Below, in pieces: positions 7,639 through 17,857 of a DNA stretch of 64,000 bases. A program made the translations under genes and the position numbers. How positions within the stretch are numbered: position 1 is the stretch's first letter; every line of letters starts with the position of its first letter. The notes under the pieces are model-generated. The model did not search any database. It saw only the letters and a list, made by a program, of their open reading frames with translations, and was not told the origin of the DNA. Origin of the DNA: a bacterium (GTDB taxonomy: Bacteria > Patescibacteriota > Minisyncoccia > UBA6257 > JAGOQP01); assembly GCA_021780155.1 (NCBI GenBank), contig JAJXZH010000032.1, positions 8,889 through 72,888 of the forward strand, given 5' to 3'.

Positions 7639-10191
7639 ATGTCTGAAAATAACGAAAACGAAAAAAATAAATATTTGAGAATTGGAATTGAGCAGGTAAG
7701 TTTTAATCATTATTTGTTTAATGCCGATAGAATGGGTAGGTCGCTATCCAGAATATTTTTTTATGTTTTTTTTATTTTCGTTTTAGGAGCTATCGTCGCC
7801 GGATTTCTTTCCAATATTTCGCATTTGAATTGGGCGGCAGTTTTGGGGTCCCTTTTTGTATTGGATTATATTTTTCATTTTCGCTCATCGCATTTTTCCA
7901 TTAAAGCTTTATTAAAGGGAGAAATCCCGAAAAACAATGTCGCTCTTTGTGTTGATAGAGAATCTATCCATTATTCGGTTAATGCTTTTGAAAAAATATT
8001 GAGTTTGGGAGGAGATTTGAATTTGGCGATGATTATGGAGCTTATGGATACCGGTCCGGTAGAATTGGCGTTATCGAGATTGGACGTCTCAATAAAAGAT
8101 TTTAAGGAAAAAACGGAAAAAGAATTACAAAACTCAATAAACAATTCAAGTAAAGTTTCAAAAAGCGAACTCTTGGAGCAGATGAAAAAAATTTTTTGGC
8201 TAGCTGCAATTGATGCCGATTTTCACGGAAGACATTCGGTAGAAAGCGATCTACTGTTTTCATCTTTAACATCCGTCAACGATCCGTATATCTCAAAAAT
8301 AATGGATTTTTTTTCAATTAGCGCCCAAGACGTGGATTCGGCGATGGTTTTTGGAAAGTTTTCCAAAAGCAGATGGAGAATTCCTTTTTTTACCGGAGGA
8401 TTTGGAATGAAAATGGTAAAAATAAAACCATCAAGGGTTAATAGAACCTTTACTTCTCGCCCGACTCCGCTTTTGGACAATTTTTCGGAGGATATAACCG
8501 ATTTGGCCAGAGCCGGAGTGGAAGGTTTTTTGATAGGTCATCAAAAAGAATATGATCAGATGGTTGATATTTTATCAAGGCAGGGGAGCAGAAATGTTCT
8601 TTTAATAGGGGAACCCGGTATTGGCAAGGAATCTTTAGTGGCTCATTTGGCTTTGAATATTGTTTCCGACAATGTTCCAAAAACTCTTTTTGACAGAAGA
8701 TTGGTTAAGTTTTCGATAGGAGATTTAATATCACAAAGTTCTGAAAATGAAACTTCCGATCTTTTTGCCAAAATAGTCAAAGAAATAATAGCGGCGGGAA
8801 ATATAATTTTATACATACCAGAAATTCACTTGCTTGCCCAAAAAGCTCAATCCAGCTCCATTCAACTTTATGATTTTTTGATGCCGGTTATAAAGAGCGA
8901 TGCTTTTCCCGTCATCGGAGCGACTTATCCAAAAGAGTATAAAGAATATATTCAAAATGAAACCGGATTTTCCGAAGTTTTTGAAAACTTAAATATCGGA
9001 GAAATATCGCAACAAGAAGCGATAACTCTTTTGACTTACGATTCATTGGTTATGGAAAAAACATATAAAGTGTCTATAAATTTTTCAGCTATAAAGCAAG
9101 CGGTTTTTCTAGCGGGAAAATATTTCAATTATAAGCCATTGCCGGCAAATGCCAGAGAAATTTTTAAAGAAGCTCTTGCTTCTGCCACGCAAAAAGGGCA
9201 AAAAAGCATAAACGGAGACGATATTGCCGAAGTTGTAGAGAGAAAGATAAATGTTCCAATACACAAAACAGGGAAAGCGGAGGCTCAAACGCTTTTAAAT
9301 TTGGAGTCGATTATTCATGAAAATTATATAGACCAAGACAAAGCGGTGTCGGCAGTCTCCGAAGCTCTCAGGGCTTATCGTAGTGGTCTTTCTCGCAAAG
9401 GCGGGCCAATAGCAACTTTTCTTTTTGTTGGACCGACTGGAGTGGGGAAAACGGAATTATCCAAGATTTTGACCGAAATCCAATTCGGTTCGGAAAAATT
9501 CATGGTTCGTTTTGATATGTCCGAATATCAACAAAAAGAGAGCATCTCCCGTTTTATCGGTTCGACTGACGGAAAAATTGCCGGTTCTTTAACTGAGGCA
9601 ATTATTCAGAGCCCTTACAGTTTAATTTTGTTGGACGAGTTTGAAAAAGCTCATCCGGATATTTTAAATTTGTTTTTACAGGTTTTTGATGACGGAAGAT
9701 TGACCGATAGTTTGGGACGAGTGGTTGATTTTCAAAATACGATCATCATTGCGACATCGAACGCCCAGTCGGTTTATATTCAAGAACAGATTGCTGCCGG
9801 TAAAAAAATTCAGGATTTTGCCGATGAAATAAAGAAAAAATTATTTGATTATTTTAAGCCGGAATTGATTAACAGATTTTCTGACATTATAGTTTTCAAG
9901 CCGTTATCAAAAGAAGATATTACTAGTATCGCCAAAATAAATTTGGCGAGCTTGGCAAAAAATCTTGACGAATCACAAGGAATAGTTATTAAATTTGATG
10001 AAGACGCAATTGAAAAAATAGCCGCCTTAGGGTATGATCCGGCTTTTGGTGCCAGACCATTAAGAAGGGCAATTGACGAAAGTATCAAGTCGGAACTTTC
10101 CAAAGAAATTCTATCCGGTCGGATTTCAAAGGGGCAATCCGTTAATGTTGTTTTGGATCAATCCCAAAATTTTAAATTTGATATAATTTAA
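7639..10191 (+). CDS. ClpA/B/C-family AAA+ ATPase with N-terminal transmembrane segments and a degenerate first NBD
   Basis: Two TM-like helices; NBD1 GEPGIGKE/LYIPEIH; NBD2 GPTGVGKT, RFDMSEY, LLDEFEKAH, GARPLRR. Confidence 0.88.
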   Translation: MSENNENEKNKYLRIGIEQVSFNHYLFNADRMGRSLSRIFFYVFFIFVLGAIVAGFLSNISHLNWAAVLGSLFVLDYIFHFRSSHFSIKALLKGEIPKNNVALCVDRESIHYSVNAFEKILSLGGDLNLAMIMELMDTGPVELALSRLDVSIKDFKEKTEKELQNSINNSSKVSKSELLEQMKKIFWLAAIDADFHGRHSVESDLLFSSLTSVNDPYISKIMDFFSISAQDVDSAMVFGKFSKSRWRIPFFTGGFGMKMVKIKPSRVNRTFTSRPTPLLDNFSEDITDLARAGVEGFLIGHQKEYDQMVDILSRQGSRNVLLIGEPGIGKESLVAHLALNIVSDNVPKTLFDRRLVKFSIGDLISQSSENETSDLFAKIVKEIIAAGNIILYIPEIHLLAQKAQSSSIQLYDFLMPVIKSDAFPVIGATYPKEYKEYIQNETGFSEVFENLNIGEISQQEAITLLTYDSLVMEKTYKVSINFSAIKQAVFLAGKYFNYKPLPANAREIFKEALASATQKGQKSINGDDIAEVVERKINVPIHKTGKAEAQTLLNLESIIHENYIDQDKAVSAVSEALRAYRSGLSRKGGPIATFLFVGPTGVGKTELSKILTEIQFGSEKFMVRFDMSEYQQKESISRFIGSTDGKIAGSLTEAIIQSPYSLILLDEFEKAHPDILNLFLQVFDDGRLTDSLGRVVDFQNTIIIATSNAQSVYIQEQIAAGKKIQDFADEIKKKLFDYFKPELINRFSDIIVFKPLSKEDITSIAKINLASLAKNLDESQGIVIKFDEDAIEKIAALGYDPAFGARPLRRAIDESIKSELSKEILSGRISKGQSVNVVLDQSQNFKFDII

Positions 10192-10195
10192 TAAA

Positions 10196-10753
10196 ATGAT
10201 TAAAAACGAATCAAAGCCGTATTTTAGAAAAGAAAAAACCGATTTTAAGACAAATCCCTCAGAGAGAGAAATTTCTTCCGGCATTATAATTTATCGCAGA
10301 TATAAAGGAGAAATTCAGTTTTTGTTGCTTTATTACGGCAGGTCTCAATGGACTTTCCCAAGAGGGAAAATAGAAAAAGAAGAAAAAAGTTTTGCCACCG
10401 CCTTGAGAGAAACAAAAGAAGAAACCGGAATAGCAAAAAACGATATTCATTTTATTGACGGCTTTAGGGCTTATGAAAATTGGATTTATATCAAAAACAA
10501 TAAAAAAGTATTTAAGACGGTGATTTTTTATCTTGGCGAAACAGATAGAAGCAATGTAAAATTAGAAGAGCGCTCTCAGGGATTTGGTTGGTTTGGGTAT
10601 AGAGATGCGTTGAAAATTTTTTATGGACCGAGAAATAATGAAAACAGAAAGGTCTTGGTTAAAGCGAGCAATTTTTTGAACAATCAAGAAAGAAACAACA
10701 AAAAAGTTTCGACTTTGGCAAAAAAAGTTTTAAGTGGTGATGGGGGTGAATAA
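10196..10753 (+). CDS. Nudix hydrolase (Ap4A hydrolase-like)
   Basis: WTFPRGKIE...ALRETKEETG Nudix box. Confidence 0.85.
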   Translation: MIKNESKPYFRKEKTDFKTNPSEREISSGIIIYRRYKGEIQFLLLYYGRSQWTFPRGKIEKEEKSFATALRETKEETGIAKNDIHFIDGFRAYENWIYIKNNKKVFKTVIFYLGETDRSNVKLEERSQGFGWFGYRDALKIFYGPRNNENRKVLVKASNFLNNQERNNKKVSTLAKKVLSGDGGE

Positions 10754-10764
10754 AAAATAAAAAA

Positions 10765-12114
10765 ATGAACAAGGAAATTTTTAGACTCTATGACATCAGA
10801 GGGGAGTATCCTTCTTTAATCAATGAAAAAGAAGTTTTTGAAATTGGTTTCAAATTGACCTCAATTTTTAAGAGAGGCGCCAAAATAGTTATTGGGAGAG
10901 ATTCTCGATTAAGCTCTCCAAATTTAAGCAAAGCGCTTGAAGATGGACTTAACTCTGCCGGGTTTAATGTGGTGGATGTCGGAATTATTACCACTCCCAT
11001 GCTTGATTTTGCCGTCGATTTTTTTAAAGCCGAAGGCGGAGTGGTGGTAACGGCATCGCATAATCCAAAAAACGACAATGGTTTGGGGGTGGTTGATTCT
11101 TCGGGGCTTTTTATTGGAGGAGAGGATTTATTTTTAAAAATGTCTTCTTTAAAGAATAACTCTAAAACAAAGTTAAAGAAGACAAAAAACAAAACCATAA
11201 GAAAAAATATTGACTTAAAATATGCAGAAGAGCTCTCCCGTTATTTTGATGTTTCTAAAAAAACAAAAGCGGTAATAGACTGCTCCAATGGCTCTGCTTC
11301 GCCGGTAATAAATAAAATTAAATTTCCAAAAAATGTAGAAGCAATTATAATCAACGATAATCTTGATGGAAATTTTCCGGCGCATGGTCCGGATCCGACT
11401 CAAAAAATAGCTCAAAAATATATTGCTGATGCAGTTTTAAAATATAAAGCCGATATCGGGATTGTTTTTGATGGAGACGGCGACAGGGCTCTTTTTGCCG
11501 ATGGCAAAGGAAAAGTTATCAGACCCGAAAATATTTGGAGAATATTAGCGCAGGAGTCGGACAACAAGAAGCAACCGGTTGTTTTTACCGTCCTTTGTCG
11601 ATATATGATGGGTTTGATTAAAAATTCATCCGAGATTTCAGACGAGTTTGATTTTATAGAAACAAGAGTCGGTCATTTATTTATGAAAGACGTTTGTCGA
11701 AAAAATAAAGCTTTTGCCGGAGTGGAATCGTCTATGCATTATTATTTTCCGGAAGATAATTTTTCCGGCTCGGCGATTTTGGCAATGATAAAAGTTGTTG
11801 GTGCCGTTTCAAAATTGCCTTATGATTTTTATCAACTATTGGATATGTTACCCAAAATTTTTGTTTCTCAAGAAATTAATTTCAAATTTGATTTAAAAAA
11901 GCTTTCCGAGAGTTATTCAAAAATAAAGAAAATATTTTCCAAAAAAGGCAATAAAATTTATTTTATTGACGGAATTTCAGTTTTGTCTTCGGATTGGTGG
12001 TTTAATATTAGGCCATCAAACACGGAAGATCTGGTGAGGTTAAATATAGAAGCCAAAGAAAATAAAAAACTGGAAGAAATAAAAAAACATTTAACAAAAA
12101 TTTTATCAAAATAA
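10765..12114 (+). CDS. Phosphomannomutase/phosphoglucomutase
   Basis: FRLYDIRG, TASHNP, DGDGDR, IRPSNTE. Confidence 0.92.
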   Translation: MNKEIFRLYDIRGEYPSLINEKEVFEIGFKLTSIFKRGAKIVIGRDSRLSSPNLSKALEDGLNSAGFNVVDVGIITTPMLDFAVDFFKAEGGVVVTASHNPKNDNGLGVVDSSGLFIGGEDLFLKMSSLKNNSKTKLKKTKNKTIRKNIDLKYAEELSRYFDVSKKTKAVIDCSNGSASPVINKIKFPKNVEAIIINDNLDGNFPAHGPDPTQKIAQKYIADAVLKYKADIGIVFDGDGDRALFADGKGKVIRPENIWRILAQESDNKKQPVVFTVLCRYMMGLIKNSSEISDEFDFIETRVGHLFMKDVCRKNKAFAGVESSMHYYFPEDNFSGSAILAMIKVVGAVSKLPYDFYQLLDMLPKIFVSQEINFKFDLKKLSESYSKIKKIFSKKGNKIYFIDGISVLSSDWWFNIRPSNTEDLVRLNIEAKENKKLEEIKKHLTKILSK

Positions 12115-12120
12115 AATCCT

Positions 12121-12540
12121 CTAGCGAGGATTTTTGTTATGGACGAAATCAGGCATTGGGCCGAGGTCTAACGTTTCTTCGGCTGGAATCGGGTCGCTTT
12201 CGTCGTTAATTGGGGGGATTTTCATAAAAACATTTCCGTTTTTCTCATAGCACAAGGACAAAACGACATTGCGGACATTTTCGGTAATGTGGCCGTCATT
12301 GTTGCAAAGAAAGAATTTGGAGAGAAGGTCGCAATAATCGGATTCCATTTCATACTTTGGGAATGCCGATTTTATCCAGAGTTTTCTGATGGCAATCAAT
12401 CCAACCCAGATATTTTCAAAATATTTTTTATCGTTTTTGATTTTGATTATGGCGGCAACGTTTTTTAACGCCTTGCAAATCCCATTGAACAAAATAATCT
12501 CAACTTCATGGTCGTTGGACAATCCGATGACGCTCGTCAT
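12121..12540 (-). CDS. Hypothetical protein (ORFan unit)
   Basis: 139-aa ORF with its own TTGACA-17-TATTTT promoter and AAAGGAG RBS. Confidence 0.6.
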   Translation of the reverse strand: MTSVIGLSNDHEVEIILFNGICKALKNVAAIIKIKNDKKYFENIWVGLIAIRKLWIKSAFPKYEMESDYCDLLSKFFLCNNDGHITENVRNVVLSLCYEKNGNVFMKIPPINDESDPIPAEETLDLGPMPDFVHNKNPR

Positions 12541-12689
12541 TATCGCTTGCTCCTTTCCGAGTTGTTCTGATTAATAAAATACAATTTTAAATCGATTATG
12601 TCAAATATCGGTATTTGTTTAAATTAGTTTTGATTTGTGATAGAATAATTTTAATTATGGAGTTTTTAAAATTAAATTATTTTTAAAAA

Positions 12690-13727
12690 ATGGAATCAAA
12701 CAGGTCTCAGTCTTTACTTTTGGCGTTTCTCTTCTTCTTTTTGTTGATTGTGTCGTTTTTTATTGTTGAGCCGTATTTAACGGCAATTATCTTGTCGGCG
12801 GTGTTTGCTATAGCTTTTTGGCCGGTATATTTGAAAGTTTTGGAGATAATAAAATCAAAAGCGGCATCATCGCTTTTGATGGTGTTTTTGGTTTTGGTTG
12901 TTTTTTTGTTGCCGTTATTTTTTGTTGGTTCACAAGTTTTAAACGAAACATATAGTCTTTATAATTCATTTTTTTCCTCTTCGGGCAATGCTCAAATATC
13001 AAACTCCGTAAGTTGGCTTAATCAAAAGATAAACGAATCACTGCCGGCCTTTATGGGTCCTTTTGATTTGGCTTCTTATGCGCGTTCGGTTTTGGACTGG
13101 TTTTTGGGAAATGTCGCTCAAATTTTTACCGGCATTGCCAGGGGTTTTTTGATGTTTATTTTGAGTTTATTTATTTTATTTTATTTATTTAAAGACGGCA
13201 GAAGAATCAAAAAATTTCTCATCGAACATAGCCCGCTTAACGAGCCATACAACAGCTTATTTATAGAGAAAATGAAAGAGGCGACTAATTCGGTAGTAAG
13301 AGGTTCTTTGACTGTTGCTTTTTTACAAAGCATTGTTAGTGGCATCGGATTTTATATTTTTGGAATTCCCAATCCTTCTTTGTGGGGAGGCCTGACTTTT
13401 GTCGCTGCCTTTGTCCCGACTCTGGGAACTTCATTGATTATCATCCCGGTGATTATTTATAGTTTTTTTACTTCAAGCTTGATTATGTCGCTTGGACTTT
13501 TGATTTGGGGAATCTTGGCTGTTGGGTTGATAGATAATACTTTGGGGCCGATTCTTGTGGGCAAGGGAATGAAAGTCCATCCGCTCGTTGTTTTTATCGG
13601 GGTGATTGGAGGGGTGAGTGTTTTTGGGCCGATGGGTTTTGTGGTGGGGCCGATTGTTTTTGCTTTGCTTTATGCGGTTTCCGATGTTTATTTTAATTTA
13701 GTTAGAAAAGACAGGGAGGTCTCTTGA
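12690..13727 (+). CDS. AI-2E (PerM/YdiK-like) family transporter
   Basis: Multi-TM; LFYLFKDG, IDNTLGP, HPLVVFIGVIGG...FGPMGFVVGP. Confidence 0.88.
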   Translation: MESNRSQSLLLAFLFFFLLIVSFFIVEPYLTAIILSAVFAIAFWPVYLKVLEIIKSKAASSLLMVFLVLVVFLLPLFFVGSQVLNETYSLYNSFFSSSGNAQISNSVSWLNQKINESLPAFMGPFDLASYARSVLDWFLGNVAQIFTGIARGFLMFILSLFILFYLFKDGRRIKKFLIEHSPLNEPYNSLFIEKMKEATNSVVRGSLTVAFLQSIVSGIGFYIFGIPNPSLWGGLTFVAAFVPTLGTSLIIIPVIIYSFFTSSLIMSLGLLIWGILAVGLIDNTLGPILVGKGMKVHPLVVFIGVIGGVSVFGPMGFVVGPIVFALLYAVSDVYFNLVRKDREVS

Positions 13728-13879
13728 GTTTGATTCTGCACCTTTTGATAATATTTTTTTGGAGCTTGTATTTTAAGATTTCCTATTCTATAACATAGCA
13801 AACATAGTGGGGCAAAGATTTTAATTGCCAAAAGGTGTGGGGTTGATTTTAACTTTAAAATAAATAAAATTGATAAACT

Positions 13880-14203
13880 ATGATAAATTATGATACTTTC
13901 AAACAAGTTGAGTTAAAAGTCGCCAAGATTTTTGAAGCCGAAAGAGTAGAAGGTTCCGAAAAGTTGATAAAGCTCCGAATTTCTTTAGGGGTCGAAGAGA
14001 GACAAATAGTTGCCGGAATTGGTTTAAAATATAATCCCGAAGATCTAATCGGAAAAAATATTATTGTCGTTTACAATTTGGAGCCGAGAAAATTAATGGG
14101 ATTGGAAAGCAATGGAATGTTGCTTGCGGCAAGCAATGAAGGGGATGGGCCGATTCTTTTGACGACAATGGAAGATATTTTGCCCGGTTCAAATATTAAT
14201 TAA
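13880..14203 (+). CDS. tRNA-binding OB-fold protein (MetRS C-terminal/Trbp111/CsaA-like)
   Basis: RQIVAGI, NLEPRKLMGLESNGMLLA. Confidence 0.9.
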   Translation: MINYDTFKQVELKVAKIFEAERVEGSEKLIKLRISLGVEERQIVAGIGLKYNPEDLIGKNIIVVYNLEPRKLMGLESNGMLLAASNEGDGPILLTTMEDILPGSNIN

Positions 14204-14216
14204 ATCAGAAATTATC

Positions 14217-14268
14217 AAACTTCAATACTCAACATCTAAAAATTTTTGGATTTGAGTATTAAAGTTTG
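14217..14268. terminator. Long AT-rich hairpin upstream of tRNA-Ala(CGC)
   Basis: caaacttcaatactcaa...ttgagtattaaagtttg inverted repeat with one mismatch. Confidence 0.5.
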
Positions 14269-14285
14269 CCGCATTTGTGACTTTT

Positions 14286-14359
14286 GGGCCTGTAGTAAAA
14301 CGGTATTACGCAGCATTCGCATTGCTGAAGTAGGGGTTCAATTCCCCTCAGGTCCACCA
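14286..14359 (+). tRNA. tRNA-Ala(CGC)
   Basis: Cloverleaf, anticodon arm cagca-ttCGCat-tgctg, G3:U70 pair, encoded CCA. Confidence 0.95.
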
Positions 14360-14464
14360 AGTATTTAAAAATTTTATAGAGTTGTTTAGACATCAACACT
14401 CTTGCCAAAGAGTGTTTTTTTATGTATTGTTTGGTTAGCATTTTTCAAACGAAAGGAGACGGTT

Positions 14465-15034
14465 ATGGAAATCGATGATGGCTTGGAAGTTTTCGAAGGA
14501 AGCGATTGCCAAGGATCCGATTGTTACACTAAGAGGTGTCCGATCGATGGATTTGTCCAATTCAGCGAAGTGGTTGAATTGGAAAACCAGGAAATTTACA
14601 GAGCGGTTCTTTTGGATGAATCCAAAAAAGAGGTAGCAATCGGATTTATTGAAACGACAAAATTGGAAAACCAGGAAATTTACAGAGCAGTTCTTTTGGA
14701 TGAATCCAAAAAAGAGGTAGCGGTCGGATTTTTCCATCGTTCGGAAATTAAGCCATTTGATGCGGTTTATGTAAAAGTTATGAATGAAAACGAGGGTGGG
14801 TATCTGGTTTATTACAATGCCACATCTCAAAGTTATGGGTTTATGCAGGGAGGCGCCGTCTGGATTCCCAAAAATTTGTTGTCGGTAATGACAACTCGAA
14901 CGATCAGGGGTATTGCTGATGGCAGGATGGTAACTCTCAAGTGCAAATGTGGGGAAGAACTGGTGATGGCCGTTGGCCTACCAAGAACTTTGGCCGCGTG
15001 TCCCAAGTGCAAGTGTGTTGACCATGTTGTTTAA
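14465..15034 (+). CDS. Hypothetical protein with an internal 28-aa duplication and C-terminal Zn-ribbon-like cysteines
   Basis: AAAGGAG RBS before ATG 14465; LENQEIYRAVLLDESKKEVA occurs twice; CKCG...CPKC. Confidence 0.65.
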   Translation: MEIDDGLEVFEGSDCQGSDCYTKRCPIDGFVQFSEVVELENQEIYRAVLLDESKKEVAIGFIETTKLENQEIYRAVLLDESKKEVAVGFFHRSEIKPFDAVYVKVMNENEGGYLVYYNATSQSYGFMQGGAVWIPKNLLSVMTTRTIRGIADGRMVTLKCKCGEELVMAVGLPRTLAACPKCKCVDHVV

Positions 15035-15082
15035 TTAATATCTTTTTGGGCGCTAAGCGCCCTTTTTTGTTATAATAAAATT

Positions 15083-15985
15083 ATGAGAAAAATAATTTAT
15101 TATGTGATTGTTTTATTGCTAATTTTTGTCGGAATTTTTTTATATTTTTATTTTAATAAAAACTCAAACTCAATTTCTACAAATCAAACGGGAGAAAAAA
15201 TTAAAATAGCCGCCACGATATTTCCGGTTTATGATATCGCCAGAAATATTGTTGGCGATAAAATTCAGGTTATTCAAGTAGTTCCTCCGGGAGCTAGTCC
15301 TCATACTTTTGAAGTTTCTCCCAAAACGGCAACAGAACTCCAAGGGGTTAAGGCAATATTTAAAATAGGAAACGGACTTGATGATTGGATTGATGGTGTC
15401 GCTCAAAGTGGCGCCCCCGATGCTCCGATTTTTATTCTTTCCCAAGGGATTGATTTGAGACGATTTTCTGATGGTAGTGTTGATCCTCATTACTGGTTGG
15501 CACTAAATAATGCGCAAACAATTGCTAAAAATATTTTTCAGGATATTTTGGAAATTGATCCTGCTAATAAAGATTATTATCAAAACAATCTGGATGCTTA
15601 TTTAATAAAACTTGATGTCGCCGACAAAAAAATATCGGCAACTTTGGCTAATGTCTCCCAAAAAAATATCGCTGTTTTTCATGATGCTTGGTATTATTTT
15701 ACTCAAAGATATGGGCTTAACGTTGTTACCGCCTTTGAGCCGTTTCCCGGAAAAGAGCCCACCCCCCAATACCTCTCGCAATTTATAAATGATATAAAAA
15801 AATATAATTTGAAAGTCGTTTTCATTGAGCCGCAATTTTCGGCTCAAAGCTTGGAACAGATTGCCAAAGACCAAGGGGTTAATCTAGTTTTAATCAATCC
15901 GGCCGATGGTGGCTCTTCGGGAAACGACGACTTGATAACATTACTTGAAAATGATGCTCAAATAATGGCATCTGTGCTAAAATAG
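15083..15985 (+). CDS. znuA: Zn/Mn ABC transporter substrate-binding protein
   Basis: ASPHTFE, DPHYWL, HDAWYYF; N-terminal membrane anchor. Confidence 0.88.
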   Translation: MRKIIYYVIVLLLIFVGIFLYFYFNKNSNSISTNQTGEKIKIAATIFPVYDIARNIVGDKIQVIQVVPPGASPHTFEVSPKTATELQGVKAIFKIGNGLDDWIDGVAQSGAPDAPIFILSQGIDLRRFSDGSVDPHYWLALNNAQTIAKNIFQDILEIDPANKDYYQNNLDAYLIKLDVADKKISATLANVSQKNIAVFHDAWYYFTQRYGLNVVTAFEPFPGKEPTPQYLSQFINDIKKYNLKVVFIEPQFSAQSLEQIAKDQGVNLVLINPADGGSSGNDDLITLLENDAQIMASVLK

Positions 15986-15989
15986 AAAA

Positions 15990-16697
15990 ATGGAACCTCT
16001 ACTGGATGTTAAAAATCTATCGGTAAAATTTGGTGACGTTTCCGTCTTGGAGAATGTTAATTTTTCTTTGGATAAAGGAGATATTTTAACGATTATCGGT
16101 CCCAATGGAGCCGGTAAGACGGTTTTGATAAAATCAATTTTGGGGCTGGTGGAACACAAAGGAGAGGTTAATTTTTTGGGCGATTCAATAATGAAACGAA
16201 TTGATGAAATTGGATATGTCCCTCAACGATTGGACTTTGACCGGACGTTTCCCATTACGGCAAAAGAGCTGATGGATTTAGTTTTAAAAAAATCAGACAT
16301 AAAAAATATGGAAATTGTTTGCAATCATTTGGAAATTGATAAATTACTTTCCAAAAAAATTGGAACACTTTCAGGAGGGCAATTGCAGAGAGTTTTAATC
16401 GCTCGCGCTGTTGCCGGCAGTCCAAAGCTTTTGATTATGGACGAACCGACGGCGGGGGTAGACATTGGAGGGGTAAGGAGTTTTTATGATATTGTTGGAC
16501 ATTTAAACAAGGAACACGGCATAACTATCATTTTGATTTCTCACGAAATAAACATGGTTTATTCTCTGGCAAGCAAAGTTTTGTGTTTAAATAAAAAAAT
16601 GATTTGCGTCGGTAATCCAAAAGAAGCAATCAGCAGAAACATTTTAGACAAGCTTTATGGAGGAAGCGTTGAACCAAGAGAGCATACTCATTTATAA
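15990..16697 (+). CDS. znuC: Zn/Mn ABC transporter ATPase
   Basis: GPNGAGKT, YVPQ, LSGGQ, DEPTAGVD. Confidence 0.9.
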   Translation: MEPLLDVKNLSVKFGDVSVLENVNFSLDKGDILTIIGPNGAGKTVLIKSILGLVEHKGEVNFLGDSIMKRIDEIGYVPQRLDFDRTFPITAKELMDLVLKKSDIKNMEIVCNHLEIDKLLSKKIGTLSGGQLQRVLIARAVAGSPKLLIMDEPTAGVDIGGVRSFYDIVGHLNKEHGITIILISHEINMVYSLASKVLCLNKKMICVGNPKEAISRNILDKLYGGSVEPREHTHL

Positions 16698-16858
16698 AAT
16701 TTCAGATTATAAAAAGCGTTTTATTGGTGGCAAGTTATCAAATTTAAATGAGCTATTGATTTTTTATCATATTTGTGTTATAATCTATTCAGAACGTTGA
16801 ATCAAACCGTGCTCATGAGTGTATAAAACACTAATGAGCCAAAAGAAGGAGGGCAAAA

Positions 16859-17353
16859 ATGTTTTTTAAGCGTAAAAGAATTACCGTGTTTGAGCATGGG
16901 GTTTTTTCTGTGGATGTTGATAGGTCTCAGAATTTTATTGACACTGTTGGGCGTTACGATGTGGTTAATGGCGATGTCGTTTCTTATCATTTTCCATCGT
17001 TGGACATGACTAGGGCAAAAAATCGAGAAGTAAAAATTTTGCTTGTCAGTTTCAACAAGGGGATGGAAGATGTTGAAGTAATGAGTGAGTTTTCTAGACG
17101 GGGACTAGATTTTGCTGATTTTTTTGAACTTCTCTCATTAGGCAATCAATATCCGGAAATCCAGAAAAAAATCAATGTATTAACTCTGGATTTTCATTCT
17201 ACATGGTATGAATTTTACAAGCCGATGGATGCGTATCGGCACTATCCATTTTTGTGCGTAGGAAATTCGCATTGTGGCCGCGGAATTGGAATGTTTCATT
17301 CCAACGAAGAGATCACTGCGGGGGCATTTTGGTTTGCGGCCGTGAGTAAATAA
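16859..17353 (+). CDS. Hypothetical protein (ORFan unit inside the znu cluster)
   Basis: Own TTGATT-17-TATAAT promoter, AAGGAGG RBS, downstream hairpin terminator. Confidence 0.65.
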   Translation: MFFKRKRITVFEHGVFSVDVDRSQNFIDTVGRYDVVNGDVVSYHFPSLDMTRAKNREVKILLVSFNKGMEDVEVMSEFSRRGLDFADFFELLSLGNQYPEIQKKINVLTLDFHSTWYEFYKPMDAYRHYPFLCVGNSHCGRGIGMFHSNEEITAGAFWFAAVSK

Positions 17354-17402
17354 TCATACGCATCAATACGGCTATTCAGAAAGGGGGTGTGATCATTGTT
17401 TT

Positions 17403-17437
17403 AAAAAACCCTACGCAGAATATTGTGTAGGGTTTTT
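17403..17437. terminator. Intrinsic terminator hairpin
   Basis: aaaaaaccctacgca-gaatat-tgtgtagggttttt. Confidence 0.7.
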
Positions 17438-17857
17438 ACTTAGTTTGACAAGAGTTTTCTAAAATATATAATAAAAAGAATTAATTATTATTTTTTTCTA
17501 TTTCAGAAAATCTCGCTCGAAGGCGGCGTCCTCGTGTTATTTTAGTCGCCGAGAGGGCGGGGATGAATGGGGGGTGCGTCACGGCTCTGCTGTGATACAC
17601 TAGTTTCATGAGGATTCAAAACCTAAATCATTCCACATATCAACATCAATATCACATTGTTTGATAAGGGCAGGGTATGCAGAATGGAATCCCAAAGAAT
17701 TAATTGAGAAAAAAGTTTTAGAAAGGATATTTCTTGGAAATTGACTTTTGTATTTTATATATAATTTTATTGATCGTTCCTAAATGTTATTAATTTTAAA
17801 AAAGCTATAATATTATCTAAACCAATAATTTAAATAATTAATAATCAATTTTGATAA

